DNA of 64,000 nucleotides from a virus. Below, piece after piece: positions 19,570 to 29,530 of the stretch (position 1 is its first letter; each line of letters opens with the position of its first letter). The DNA lies in UHGV virus genome UHGV-1362809, one strand, 5' to 3'. The notes beneath the pieces are model-generated. The model made no database searches. It worked only from the letters and a program-made list of their open reading frames with translations, and was not told where the DNA came from. The position numbers and the translations under genes were made by a program.

Positions 19570-19929
19570 ATGAAAGTACTGTTTGAAGATAAAGACATCG
19601 ACACACTGGATATGGATGACTTTAGAGTGGTAGATATAGTTGAGCTCTCATATATTGAGGGTTTAAAAGAAGGAGACGCTTTTGGTTGCGGCACCATAAC
19701 TGTTGGTGAATGGAATAGCTGGTCGGAAGATAAAAAGTCCAAGTTTATAACTTTGAGAAGGTATCCTGTTCAAAAGTTCAAGGTAGTAGGCGACTCTACT
19801 GCTCTTGGGGTTAAGCACGACATCAAAACAGATAAGTATTTTTTGCGTGGTGTTATTCGTACAGGTAAGGAATTTGATAGCATCGACTTTATTGAACCAA
19901 GGCATGTAGAATATGAAAAAGCAAGCTAA
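19570..19929 (+). CDS. Hypothetical protein
   Basis: 119-aa ORF. Confidence 0.45.
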   Translation: MKVLFEDKDIDTLDMDDFRVVDIVELSYIEGLKEGDAFGCGTITVGEWNSWSEDKKSKFITLRRYPVQKFKVVGDSTALGVKHDIKTDKYFLRGVIRTGKEFDSIDFIEPRHVEYEKAS

Positions 19930-20092
19930 AATTCCTGAATTAACTGAAGTCCAAGTGAAACAGTTATATGTTGACCCAGAGGAATATCCTGTATATAAGG
20001 TATCCAAAAAGTGTTTAGAGGATAACAAGTTAGAAGGTAAACCTCCCACTTGGAACCCTTGGGATTATTATCCTATGTAATAGGAGGACGTT

Positions 20093-20365
20093 ATGAAACT
20101 GGTGCGAGTTGTAAAAGATGGTGTGAATAAGATTGCTTTTGAAATGACCTCAAAGCAAAAACGTAGAGTAAACAAATGTAAAGCTACTTTGCACAAAGGT
20201 ATGTTGGTAGAGAAATTAGGATTGGATTACTGCCATCAGCGTACTGGTATTTCCAGACGCCACCTTACCCATTTATTGCACGGGTATAACTTACTAACAA
20301 AGCGCGAGAGTGTAAAGTTAGATAGTTTTATAGAAAAGGAGGCTAAAAATGGACACCTTATATAA
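20093..20365 (+). CDS. Hypothetical protein
   Basis: RBS aggagg upstream. Confidence 0.45.
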   Translation: MKLVRVVKDGVNKIAFEMTSKQKRRVNKCKATLHKGMLVEKLGLDYCHQRTGISRRHLTHLLHGYNLLTKRESVKLDSFIEKEAKNGHLI

Positions 20366-20945
20366 CATACCTTCTACTTTAGAGGATTCCTTGATAAAAT
20401 TGTTTGAGGATACCCAGTATTCAATGGCTCTTAAAGAATCCTCGGATAAACTTTCCTCTATATGCAATAATAGAGTTGTATTGCCCATTAATGATTGCTG
20501 TCTTAAAGTATGTCCAAACTGTAGTAGTTTTATTAAAGAATACTTTGACCAATGTCCAAAATGTGGATACAAGCATTTACACAAACAGCCAAAACCCGTA
20601 GACCAGTTTAGTTATCCTTTGCGTGTAAAACAGTCTATCAATTACAATTATTTGTTCTTGTACAAGGAGTTATGCAGGTATAGTTCTAATACTGAAATGA
20701 ATATAAAGGCAATAAATAGTTGGGTGCAGGGTAAATATCCTACGAATTTGTTGCTGGATATACTGTTTTGCAAAGCATTGTATCACTTGCGGTTTAGAGT
20801 TACTGGGTTCAAGTGGTGTCCTTATTATTATAAAGACGGAGAACCAAAGGTTAAAAAAGATGCCTTACAGGATTGGTTTCAACTAAAATACTCTAAAAAG
20901 AAATGGTATCTCATATATCAAGGTATCAAAACAAAGTACGAATAA
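20349..20945 (+). CDS. Hypothetical protein with zinc-ribbon (CPNC...CPKC)
   Basis: 198-aa ORF with CxxC...CxxC. Confidence 0.45.
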   Translation: MDTLYNIPSTLEDSLIKLFEDTQYSMALKESSDKLSSICNNRVVLPINDCCLKVCPNCSSFIKEYFDQCPKCGYKHLHKQPKPVDQFSYPLRVKQSINYNYLFLYKELCRYSSNTEMNIKAINSWVQGKYPTNLLLDILFCKALYHLRFRVTGFKWCPYYYKDGEPKVKKDALQDWFQLKYSKKKWYLIYQGIKTKYE

Positions 20946-20960
20946 TTTTTAATATATATT
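20941..20960 (+). promoter_or_regulatory. Late-promoter-like AT-rich motif aataatttttaatatatatt
   Basis: One of five copies of AATAATTTTTA(T)ATATA upstream of late/structural genes. Confidence 0.35.
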
Positions 20961-21045
20961 GTTACTTGGTTGGTACATAGGTATCTAACGCTAAAGAAAA
21001 CAAGTGGAGTGTATATTTTTACACGTTTGATATAGGAGAATACAA

Positions 21046-22272
21046 ATGAAAAAACGCTTATTAAAAGCTGTTGTTCGTAGTGGAGTTTCTTCTTGGAAAC
21101 TTTTTGACTATGACGACAAAAAGTCTCAAATTAAGGCAGTTACTCCTTTTAACTACCTGTACAAATTTGCAACTTCAAGATTGGAGTTGACTGTAGGGGA
21201 TGTTTCCCTGGCGGTAAAAGTACTTGGTTCCTTTAAGGGTATGGGATTTTTGTTTGAAAAGGACGAAAAACTTTTTAAGGCTGAAATCAATAATGGTGTT
21301 GCCTCCTTTGTAGAATTTACTGGAATCAATACTCCCTTTGTGATTATTGAACAAGGTAACACTATCGAGGAATTAAATTCTATTAAATCCTTTGCAGAAA
21401 AAGGAAACGTAGTATTGGTTGCGGGATGTAGTTTTAAACATAATCCTCCTGAACTTTCACTTACGTTGTCAAATAAGCAGGTGGTGGATATCGACGACCC
21501 TACCGTTCCCGTTAAGGAAAATGATCCAGACCGTGTATTTGTTGTTTCCGGTACAGCTTCCGAAGGAATTACTATCAATGGCAAAGGGGCGGAATTAACT
21601 GACGTTGTTTTGACCTCTGATTCACGTTTGCGTGTTGATGCTTCTGAACACGTCAAGATGTCAAATATGAAAGTACAAGGTTCTTTCACAAAGTCTAAAG
21701 GTAATTCGCAGACTATTATTAACGCATCTAGCATCGACATTGCAGATTCCTCTTTCGAGGCAACTGGTTATAATGCCGTTGAGTGCGGTATGTGGTCTAA
21801 ACCGACGGAAATTAATATTGAAAACATTGTTTTTAGTGGAAAGCTAGACAATAATGCCATCAATGTGTTTGATACTGCGGATGGGGCTGTGGTGAATATT
21901 AAAAACTGTGTGTTTGACGATGTTGCTAACCCTGTTAGAATTAGTAATAATTCTAACGCAAAGGTTACCTACAACTTTATAGATTGTGAAGTTAAGAAAT
22001 GGAATTCTCGTGTTGAGTATCGAGGCTTGATGCTTTTCCAGGATTACACTTCAAAAAGTGCCGAAGACTCTAAGAAAAACAATATGTTCGGTCCAGATAA
22101 AATGACCGTTAATATTGTCAACTGCACTACGCCTAATGGTAAGATAGGACCTGTTGAAGACTTATCCACGGTATGCGGTACTAAGGACGCTAACCAACTG
22201 TTTTATATGTATGATAAAGAAGGCGAAGTTGCCTATAGTGCTGACCGTTTCCCAGTTATTACAATTAAATAA
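21046..22272 (+). CDS. Hypothetical protein with probable beta-helix (pectate-lyase-like) C-terminal region; paralogous N-terminus shared with the next gene
   Basis: N-terminal 110 aa homologous to the 22285 ORF; repetitive G/N/T/V-rich C-terminal region. Confidence 0.5.
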   Translation: MKKRLLKAVVRSGVSSWKLFDYDDKKSQIKAVTPFNYLYKFATSRLELTVGDVSLAVKVLGSFKGMGFLFEKDEKLFKAEINNGVASFVEFTGINTPFVIIEQGNTIEELNSIKSFAEKGNVVLVAGCSFKHNPPELSLTLSNKQVVDIDDPTVPVKENDPDRVFVVSGTASEGITINGKGAELTDVVLTSDSRLRVDASEHVKMSNMKVQGSFTKSKGNSQTIINASSIDIADSSFEATGYNAVECGMWSKPTEINIENIVFSGKLDNNAINVFDTADGAVVNIKNCVFDDVANPVRISNNSNAKVTYNFIDCEVKKWNSRVEYRGLMLFQDYTSKSAEDSKKNNMFGPDKMTVNIVNCTTPNGKIGPVEDLSTVCGTKDANQLFYMYDKEGEVAYSADRFPVITIK

Positions 22273-22284
22273 TGGGAGGTCGGT

Positions 22285-22863
22285 ATGATTAAGAAACGTT
22301 TGCTGCGTGCAATTTTAAACTCCGGCGTATCCGCTTGGAAGGAATTTAGTTATGACCAGAAAAAGGTAGCAATTTTAGAAGTTACTCCTTTTGACTACAA
22401 TACTAAATACGCCTTGGTTCAACTTCCTTCTATTGAAGTTGGTAAGGACGCTGTATCTTTTAACTTAGACATCAAAGGAAACTTTATAGATTTCGGAATG
22501 TTGTTTATACGCAATTCTGAATTAGTCAAGTTAAGCATCAATGATGGTGTCGCACACCTTGAACAGGTGGACATTAAAAAGAGTCCTGTTTTGGTTATAG
22601 GTAGAGGTAACACTGAACAGGAAATTGACAGTGTGGAACAGTTGTCAATTTCCGAAGGTACTGTTTTGACACCTATTGCTGGTGTTAAGTTTAAAACTTC
22701 TATTCCCACTATAACTCTCGGTATTAAAATTGCGGAGTCAAGTGATGAAGAAGTGGTGGACCCTGTTCAACCACAGCCAGAACCAGAAGAACCTGCAAAG
22801 GAAGAACAACAAACTGAAGAAGTTGTAAACCCTGTTGACTTAGAGTTCCCAACAGAGGAATAA
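22285..22863 (+). CDS. Paralog of the upstream protein (shared N-terminal domain) with Pro/Glu-rich C-terminal tail
   Basis: MIKKRLLRAILNSGVSAWKEF... aligns to MKKRLLKAVVRSGVSSWKLF...; C-terminal PVQPQPEPEEPAKEE. Confidence 0.5.
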   Translation: MIKKRLLRAILNSGVSAWKEFSYDQKKVAILEVTPFDYNTKYALVQLPSIEVGKDAVSFNLDIKGNFIDFGMLFIRNSELVKLSINDGVAHLEQVDIKKSPVLVIGRGNTEQEIDSVEQLSISEGTVLTPIAGVKFKTSIPTITLGIKIAESSDEEVVDPVQPQPEPEEPAKEEQQTEEVVNPVDLEFPTEE

Positions 22864-22874
22864 CTCCTTACTAC

Positions 22875-22907
22875 GGGGTGCGTGAAATTCACGCACCCCT
22901 ATTTTTG
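22875..22907 (+). terminator. Rho-independent terminator (ggggtgcgtg/cacgcacccc hairpin plus T-run)
   Basis: 10-bp perfect stem then tatttttgtcttgattttt. Confidence 0.55.
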
Positions 22908-22909
22908 TC

Positions 22910-22938
22910 TTGATTTTTACCCTGTTTTTTAGTATACT
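22910..22938 (+). promoter_or_regulatory. Sigma70-like promoter TTGATT-17-TATACT
   Basis: -35-like at 22910-22915, -10 TATACT at 22933-22938. Confidence 0.4.
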
Positions 22939-22973
22939 GTAAATAGTAATAAGTTGACAAAAGGAGTATGACT

Positions 22974-23183
22974 ATGACTTATGAGGAAGCAGTATGTTTG
23001 ATGAAGCAAGGTAAAATGGTGCGCCGGAATAATGGCGTATATTTTATACGAGATGGTAAATCAATGTGTTTGGTAATAGATTCCTATCCAAAAGATAAGG
23101 ATACCAGAATTGATACCTTTTTGATTGATTCAGATATTGATGATTTTGACAGAAATGCTACTGACTGGGAGGTAGTAGGATGA
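22974..23183 (+). CDS. Hypothetical small protein
   Basis: RBS aaaggag 8 nt upstream of ATG 22974. Confidence 0.45.
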   Translation: MTYEEAVCLMKQGKMVRRNNGVYFIRDGKSMCLVIDSYPKDKDTRIDTFLIDSDIDDFDRNATDWEVVG

Positions 23184-24121
23184 TTTGGTTGTGTGTTTGT
23201 TTATGGGTTTGTACCTATTTGTTTTTCGCCAATGTGGCTGATGACTGCTATACTTTTGACGGAGACGCATTAGAACAACGTATTTTTAAACTGTGTTGCC
23301 TGTTGTTAGCCCCTTTGCTTGTCGTATGGTATATTGCTATAAGCCTATTTGACTTTAAGTTGTCCTACAAGACAAAACGTTGGTTGGTAGGGTTGGAGCT
23401 TGGTAATTTAGATTGGCAGTTCTGGTTTCCTGTTGGTAAAAGACAACGTCATACTTTTTATGGTACGAGCAGACGTCAATTCTACCATTATAAGTATGTT
23501 TTATCCGAAACTTTGGTGCGCTGGTATCGTAATATAAAACTGCTTAACCCATTTAGCTTGTACGCTAATTTTGTTGGACAACAGCTGTTATCTCACATGG
23601 ACGCAAAGCTGTATGAAAACAATTTAAGCAGAGTGTATGAAGTAGATAAGACAGTATTTTATTCGTACACGGTTACTTTTGGTTATCTTACCATTTATTC
23701 CTATGAAGAAGACGAACAGTTCGATACTAAGAAAAATATTACTACTTTGTATCAAGGCTTCATTTATACTTCTAACCAAGCATCTAAGGTATTTAGACTG
23801 TTTATGTCTAATCCTTCGTATAAGTACTGGCACGAGGGAATGTTCTGTAGAGGTTTGTACTGTTATCTATTATTTCTTATAAATGGAGACAATGCAGACC
23901 TGTATAAAAAACAGGTTAAAAAAGTAGGTAAATATACTATGCTTGGGTATATTATAAGCCAGTGGTGTATACATTGTTCTAATACATCATTTATGAAGGC
24001 TCTGTACAATGTAATGTTTTATGTAGTATGCGGGTCTAAGAAAGATGTGCAGCAATACTTAGAAATAGCTTTGGGGCAATGCAAAACTTATGTTCCTGCA
24101 TTTAGAATAAACTTTTATTGA
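23180..24121 (+). CDS. Hypothetical membrane protein
   Basis: Hydrophobic N-terminal segments MIWLCVCLWVCTYLFF, LLLAPLLVVWYIAISLF. Confidence 0.45.
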   Translation: MIWLCVCLWVCTYLFFANVADDCYTFDGDALEQRIFKLCCLLLAPLLVVWYIAISLFDFKLSYKTKRWLVGLELGNLDWQFWFPVGKRQRHTFYGTSRRQFYHYKYVLSETLVRWYRNIKLLNPFSLYANFVGQQLLSHMDAKLYENNLSRVYEVDKTVFYSYTVTFGYLTIYSYEEDEQFDTKKNITTLYQGFIYTSNQASKVFRLFMSNPSYKYWHEGMFCRGLYCYLLFLINGDNADLYKKQVKKVGKYTMLGYIISQWCIHCSNTSFMKALYNVMFYVVCGSKKDVQQYLEIALGQCKTYVPAFRINFY

Positions 24122-24513
24122 GGAGAATAATTATGGGGTTCAAGAGAAAATTTTATGAAGAACGTGCCCTGTTGATTAAAGCTGTTTATCAAACGCTTCA
24201 TTTAGGTCTTCTTAATTGTATTCCTACAATTTCTAATTTGGAACATCATACATGGGATAAACAGGAGTGCATAAAGGCTAATATATTTTTTACTAAGGCT
24301 ATTAATATGTTTGCCGAGAAAAGCTATGACCTACAACATGCAAAGTTAAAAGAATGTTGGAATCTTTTGTTGGAAGTTAATGATAGCCTCAATATCATTA
24401 GGAAAAATGCTAATTCTAAACAGGAGGACTGTAGTATTGGGTACTTCCAACACGATTTTATTAATTTGACAAACATACTGGCTAGCACAATATATCTGCT
24501 GGACGAAAAATGA
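24118..24513 (+). CDS. Hypothetical protein
   Basis: 131-aa ORF. Confidence 0.45.
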   Translation: MRRIIMGFKRKFYEERALLIKAVYQTLHLGLLNCIPTISNLEHHTWDKQECIKANIFFTKAINMFAEKSYDLQHAKLKECWNLLLEVNDSLNIIRKNANSKQEDCSIGYFQHDFINLTNILASTIYLLDEK

Positions 24514-24890
24514 CGAAGCTGTTTGCGTGTGTGATAAAAGCAGGGTTAGAAGAATGTAAAAAATCTACTTTTAGTCCTAAGATTGGTGCCGTAGTGTTCA
24601 AAGGTAAAAAGATCTATAGCACTGGTCATAACGGAATAAGAAGTAGTAGTATTTCTATGAAACACCGTCATTGGGAAGAATCCTTACACGCTGAACAAGC
24701 TGCCCTGCTTAATTTAGACTGGTGTAAACTTAAAGGTGCAAGCATACTGGTGTTAAGGTTGTCTAAATCTGGTAAGCTTGGTATGTGTAAGCCATGTCCT
24801 ATGTGTGAAAAACTTATACGTTATGTTGGTATGAAGGACGTATGGTACTCTACCGTCTCTGGGGAAATTATTTGTGAAAGACTAGACTAA
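24510..24890 (+). CDS. Cytidine/deoxycytidylate deaminase-family zinc enzyme (CDA fold)
   Basis: HAEQAAL (H-A-E) and PCPMC (PCxxC) zinc-binding motifs in the correct order and spacing. Confidence 0.6.
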   Translation: MTKLFACVIKAGLEECKKSTFSPKIGAVVFKGKKIYSTGHNGIRSSSISMKHRHWEESLHAEQAALLNLDWCKLKGASILVLRLSKSGKLGMCKPCPMCEKLIRYVGMKDVWYSTVSGEIICERLD

Positions 24891-25495
24891 TGACTGTGTA
24901 TATAACTTCCGACTTGCACTTTAACCATTCCAAGGTTATGGAACAACGTGGTTATACCGACCTTGCTAAAATGAATTGGGACTTGATTGATTTTTGGAAC
25001 TCAAAAATCACTGAGAATGATGATGTGTATTATCTTGGTGATTTTTGTTTTGGGGATATAGACCATACTCTAAAGAGTTATAAAATCGAACTTCCTAATG
25101 GCTATGTTTCCTGTAATGATTTGTTACGTCATTTGAGATGTAGAACTCTACATTTTGTAATTGGAAATCATGACACTTCCTCAAAGCTTAAGATATATAA
25201 TAACTACGGATATACGGATAAGACTATTCGTTTTTATTCCTGTTTGACTTATAAAGTATCTGAGTTTGAAAAAGTGTTGTTTACTCACTATCCCATTCAT
25301 CCTTATTTATTTAATGAAGAGTCACGGGAAGGAGTAAAGAAGTTGGGTAATGTACACGGTCATATACATTTTGGAACTGTAAATGATAGTAGGTATATTA
25401 ATGTGAATTATGACGTATGTCATAAGATTTATACCTTGGACGAAGTGTTAGACTATTTTAATGGAGATAAAGATGCAGGAATACAGAAAAATTAA
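24890..25495 (+). CDS. Metallophosphoesterase (calcineurin-like)
   Basis: ITSDLHFNH, LGDFCFG, GNHD, GHIHFG motif series. Confidence 0.65.
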   Translation: MTVYITSDLHFNHSKVMEQRGYTDLAKMNWDLIDFWNSKITENDDVYYLGDFCFGDIDHTLKSYKIELPNGYVSCNDLLRHLRCRTLHFVIGNHDTSSKLKIYNNYGYTDKTIRFYSCLTYKVSEFEKVLFTHYPIHPYLFNEESREGVKKLGNVHGHIHFGTVNDSRYINVNYDVCHKIYTLDEVLDYFNGDKDAGIQKN

Positions 25496-25742
25496 ACCTT
25501 TGCTGGACAATAATAGAGGCAAGCTTTTGTTAAGTGGGTGGGTAGTTATAAATCTAAATGGAAATTTACCCACTGTTGTACATGAGAATATGGATAGTGC
25601 GAATGATGCTGTGAAAAAAGCAGTAGCTAATGGAGATAAGGGAACTTATTTAGTGTGTGAAATTCGTGCGATTCACGCTTTGGAAATGCACACCTATACA
25701 AATCAAGGACGCATTGATGCTGATTACGGTTTTTGTGGCTGA
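25461..25742 (+). CDS. Hypothetical protein
   Basis: 93-aa ORF. Confidence 0.4.
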   Translation: MEIKMQEYRKIKPLLDNNRGKLLLSGWVVINLNGNLPTVVHENMDSANDAVKKAVANGDKGTYLVCEIRAIHALEMHTYTNQGRIDADYGFCG

Positions 25743-26064
25743 ATCACTTAAAGCTTGGAAAAGTTTATTTCCTAAGGCTAATGTGGAAGAATATCCTGGA
25801 GTTTCTATCTTAGAGCAAAGACAGTTAGGAGCAAGGTGTAGTTATTTAGCTAAGTCCGAATGGGGTACTATGTCTCCCTTTTTGCTAAATTCCTTTATAC
25901 AATGCGCAAAAGAAGATGGTTTATTTTCTTATGTACGCATTAGGTATATTTATGACAATGGGGACGTTAAGGACTTCACTGATAACTTGCCTGGATTATA
26001 TCGTATGATGTTTAAACCTATGGAAGCTTTGTACGATCCTGCTTTTGAAATAACGGTCAAATAA
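25717..26064 (+). CDS. Hypothetical protein
   Basis: Internal ATG with AAGGA RBS; the longer 25657 start overlaps the upstream gene by 86 nt. Confidence 0.4.
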   Translation: MLITVFVAESLKAWKSLFPKANVEEYPGVSILEQRQLGARCSYLAKSEWGTMSPFLLNSFIQCAKEDGLFSYVRIRYIYDNGDVKDFTDNLPGLYRMMFKPMEALYDPAFEITVK

Positions 26065-26097
26065 TTTTGAGTAGTATAAACTCAAGGTTATTTAGTC

Positions 26098-26559
26098 ATG
26101 ATATACGAATATAAAGAGGGAAATATTCTAAGTTGCTCCTCCAACATTTTGTTGTGCAACGTAGACGATGTTGGTACTCTTAAGGGATTATGTTGGCAGT
26201 TTTGTCAGCGGTTTGACGGGTTCCAGGATTTTTATATAAATGCTTGTAAAACGAATGTATTTAGTTCTACTTGCATATTGAGTAAGGATTTTGAAGATCC
26301 GTATACCAAATCTATAAAAAAGGTTGTTTGTGTACGGTGCAAGGACTGGGAGGGTAATTCAGATTATTTAGGTCTTAAACTTGGGTTGTTTGAATTGAAG
26401 GAACAGCTATTATGTCTAGACAGTAAGGTTATTGTAGCTGTTCCTCCTCTTGCCTATACTTCTAAACATAATAGTTTATCAAAGGCTACCATAGAGGGTT
26501 TGCTTAAGGAGGTATTTTGGAATACCTCCTGTTTGTTTTGGTTGTATAATTTTAGGTGA
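26098..26559 (+). CDS. Hypothetical protein
   Basis: 153-aa ORF. Confidence 0.45.
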   Translation: MIYEYKEGNILSCSSNILLCNVDDVGTLKGLCWQFCQRFDGFQDFYINACKTNVFSSTCILSKDFEDPYTKSIKKVVCVRCKDWEGNSDYLGLKLGLFELKEQLLCLDSKVIVAVPPLAYTSKHNSLSKATIEGLLKEVFWNTSCLFWLYNFR

Positions 26560-26563
26560 AAAT

Positions 26564-26887
26564 ATGGCTTTAAATGATTATAAATGTCCTTTAGGGTGCG
26601 TTGATTCCGGCGTGGAGCAAATTGATGTCTTGACAGGTTGGGTTATTGGACAAAAACAATGGGCTATGGATAAAGCTACGGAGTTGATGCAAAAAATTAA
26701 AGAGGAAATGGAAGAGCGTAGCAAAAAACGCAACGCCAATAAGCCTCCCGCACCTCCTAAAAAGCCTGACCCTTGTTTAGAAAAATGTAAGGCTCGATTT
26801 CAACAAATAGAGAAAGACGTTAAGGCAGGTAAAATAAAAGAAGAAGATAAAAAACAAGCCTATGTGGATGTAATTATAGAAGAATAG
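26564..26887 (+). CDS. Hypothetical protein (Pro/Lys-rich segment)
   Basis: 107-aa ORF. Confidence 0.45.
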   Translation: MALNDYKCPLGCVDSGVEQIDVLTGWVIGQKQWAMDKATELMQKIKEEMEERSKKRNANKPPAPPKKPDPCLEKCKARFQQIEKDVKAGKIKEEDKKQAYVDVIIEE

Positions 26888-26977
26888 GTAAATCCTAAGC
26901 TTAATGAAAAATTAGAAGATATTAGGTCTTCGATTATTGTAGAAGGTCAAGCTGCCGTTGGTTGGGCTAAGGACATA

Positions 26978-27367
26978 ATGGATAAGTTAGCTCCTTTGAT
27001 GGAAATGCCTTCTATTGATACTATTCTTACTTGGGTTTCCAGTATTATTAGTCTGCTGAAAGAGTTAAAGGGTAAGTTGCAAGAAATAATTGAGTGTATA
27101 CCAGATCATATTTCTGCTACTACTGGTGCTATTGATGATCTTAAACAAGAATGTGGTATGGGAGAAAAAGATCCAAAAGAGGATAAGCCTATTGATTTTT
27201 CTAAATTAAAAGTAGAATTTGAGCCCATCACTATGGCTGATTTTATGAATGGTAGAAAATTTCCTAAATTGAAATACAAAAAGCCAACGAAGTATTCTAA
27301 AAAATCTATGCCACCTGATAAGTGTTATTCTAAAGCAAGAAATAAAGCCAATAAAGATAGCAAATGA
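26978..27367 (+). CDS. Hypothetical protein
   Basis: 129-aa ORF. Confidence 0.45.
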   Translation: MDKLAPLMEMPSIDTILTWVSSIISLLKELKGKLQEIIECIPDHISATTGAIDDLKQECGMGEKDPKEDKPIDFSKLKVEFEPITMADFMNGRKFPKLKYKKPTKYSKKSMPPDKCYSKARNKANKDSK

Positions 27368-28176
27368 AAATATATAATAAAGATGCATTAGATTTATTAA
27401 AGTCTATAAAGTCGGATTCTATTCATTTTATACACACAGATATACCTTATTATATTACCGAAAACGGTATTACTAAGTCTAGCGAAAGTGGGTATAACTG
27501 GGCTTCTAAAGATAAAAAATGGGATGAGCAGTGGTCTTCACTAAAAAGTTATCGTAGATGGTTGCGTACCGTAGTTAGACAACTTATTAGAGTGCTAAAG
27601 CCGCAACGGCATTGTGTAATATGGTGCAACATTAGAGATATTAGCTATATAACGGATGTGGCTATAAAATATGGTTGCACCATTAATCCTATGTGGGTGT
27701 GGCAGAAAACTAATCCTGTTCCTCAAGCCGCAGGGGTTACACCTAAAAAAGACGTAGAAGTAGCTGTCTGGTTTGTTAAAGGGGACCGAAAACAAAAATA
27801 CTATAATAAGCACTATGGGGCTATTTCTCAAGTTATACGATGTTCTATTCCTCGTAATGAAGGTAGTGATATACGACATCCAAGTCAGAAGCCTTTGTTT
27901 TTGGTAACAATAATAAACTTGTTTTTGTCTAAAAAGGGGTCTATTGTATTGGATCCTTTTGGTGGTACTGGGTCTATAGCAATAAGTGCCAATTTTTTGC
28001 AACGAAATGTTATTGTAAATGACATTGATAAGAAATATTATCAGTGTATAAAAAATAGAGAAAAAGACTTTGATTGTACCAAAGTGTTTGATTACCTAAC
28101 ATCCTTAGGTGGAAATGATGGTAAGCTAAGGAAAATACTAAAATGTTGTCAAAAAAGACCAAAAAGGGTATTTTAA
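27364..28176 (+). CDS. DNA methyltransferase, beta-class amino-MTase (N6-adenine or N4-cytosine); no cognate restriction enzyme seen
   Basis: Motif IV-like DIPYY N-terminal to motif I VLDPFGGTGS (circularly permuted beta order). Confidence 0.6.
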   Translation: MKIYNKDALDLLKSIKSDSIHFIHTDIPYYITENGITKSSESGYNWASKDKKWDEQWSSLKSYRRWLRTVVRQLIRVLKPQRHCVIWCNIRDISYITDVAIKYGCTINPMWVWQKTNPVPQAAGVTPKKDVEVAVWFVKGDRKQKYYNKHYGAISQVIRCSIPRNEGSDIRHPSQKPLFLVTIINLFLSKKGSIVLDPFGGTGSIAISANFLQRNVIVNDIDKKYYQCIKNREKDFDCTKVFDYLTSLGGNDGKLRKILKCCQKRPKRVF

Positions 28177-28415
28177 ATATGATTGAATACTGGAATAAAC
28201 ATTTATCCAGTGGTGGTAATCTTAGTTTGCAGGATTATTCTCATCATTACTGTAAAGCCAACCGACCCTACTACAAGGAATGTATAAAAACCCATTTCGA
28301 TTGCTCCTTGATTGTTACCAAGCAAATGGTTAAGCTTTTTGTACAAGATAGGGATACACTCTTTCAAAAAGGGTTTACTGATATAGAGGTAAAAGATGGA
28401 CATACTATACAATAA
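28170..28415 (+). CDS. Hypothetical protein
   Basis: Short ORF following the MTase. Confidence 0.4.
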   Translation: MLNMIEYWNKHLSSGGNLSLQDYSHHYCKANRPYYKECIKTHFDCSLIVTKQMVKLFVQDRDTLFQKGFTDIEVKDGHTIQ

Positions 28416-28974
28416 ACAACATTTTTTAAACTTATTGCAATGCGTACAGCGGCAGGGAATTAGTCAGTTAAATCAATATCTTTGCGACTCGGACTTTTTT
28501 ACTGCTCCAGCTTCTGTTAAATACCATGATAGCTACGAAGGTGGTCTGTGTCAACATTCTTTAAACGTGTACAGATACTTAGTCAAACTTGACGATTTTT
28601 ATAAAACACACCTTTCTAAGGAGAGTATGATTATTGTTGGTTTGCTACACGATTTGTGTAAGGTAGACTTTTATGTTCCCACTAAAAGAAATCAAAGGAT
28701 TGATGGTAAATGGCAAGAAGTAGATACCTATACCTACAATGACGATTTTCCTTGTGGTCACGGGGAAAAGTCAGTATTTAGAATTATGCAGTTTATTAAG
28801 CTCAATAAACAAGAAATACTTGCTATTAACTGGCACATGGGTGCATACGACGTTAGAGCAGACCAGTTTAATCAGTTGGATAGTGCATATAGAATAAGCC
28901 CCCTTACCTTTTTATTACATCAGGCTGATATGTCTGCTACTTATATGGGAGTTGAAAATGAAGCAGGAAATTGA
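28396..28974 (+). CDS. HD-domain phosphohydrolase
   Basis: H...HD pattern: VKYHDSYEGGLCQHS and VGLLHDLCK. Confidence 0.65.
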   Translation: MDILYNKQHFLNLLQCVQRQGISQLNQYLCDSDFFTAPASVKYHDSYEGGLCQHSLNVYRYLVKLDDFYKTHLSKESMIIVGLLHDLCKVDFYVPTKRNQRIDGKWQEVDTYTYNDDFPCGHGEKSVFRIMQFIKLNKQEILAINWHMGAYDVRADQFNQLDSAYRISPLTFLLHQADMSATYMGVENEAGN

Positions 28975-29179
28975 TACTTATGCTAAAATTGCTCTTCATA
29001 ACGATTTTGAACTAACTGAAAAAGCTAACAAAGTTATCAATGCTAAGAAAGTGTTAGGCGTTGGTATAAAGTGTCCTTGTGAGCCTGATAATCACGACCG
29101 ATACTGCGGTTCTAAATTTTGTATGAATGAAGTATCACAGACTGGTATTTGTCATTGTGGCTTATTTCGTAGAAAATAG
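28952..29179 (+). CDS. Small Cys-rich protein (putative zinc-binding)
   Basis: KCPCEPDNHDRYCGSKFC...ICHCG. Confidence 0.4.
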   Translation: MKMKQEIDTYAKIALHNDFELTEKANKVINAKKVLGVGIKCPCEPDNHDRYCGSKFCMNEVSQTGICHCGLFRRK

Positions 29180-29206
29180 TGTAGGGTAAATTACTTAGGA
29201 GGTATT

Positions 29207-29530
29207 ATGCCTATTTGTTATGTGTGTGAATCCAGTTTAGCACTACCTAATGGTGTATCAACAGAAGAATGTAATCGGTCTATAGAAGAAACAATCCAGC
29301 AGGCGGAAAAAGCCGTTGACAGTGAAAAGTCCGTTTATACTATGTCCCCGTTTTTTCTACAGCCCTTAATTTTATTTGCCGATGAAAAAGGTGTTTTGGA
29401 TAGCTGGAAACTTGTATTGTTACATGATGATGGTTCCGAGGAAGATAAAACTGATAAGCGGGAACATCTGTTTGAAATGATGTCGTCACCTCTAGACCGT
29501 CTATTTACTACAGCCTGGAAGGACGGATAA
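29207..29530 (+). CDS. Hypothetical protein
   Basis: RBS aggagg upstream. Confidence 0.45.
   Translation: MPICYVCESSLALPNGVSTEECNRSIEETIQQAEKAVDSEKSVYTMSPFFLQPLILFADEKGVLDSWKLVLLHDDGSEEDKTDKREHLFEMMSSPLDRLFTTAWKDG

Noticed and set aside
25461-26064. Possible frameshift between overlapping ORFs 25461-25742 and 25657-26064
   Set aside because: An internal ATG at 25717 with an AAGGA RBS gives an ordinary 26-nt gene overlap. There is no slippery site or need for recoding.
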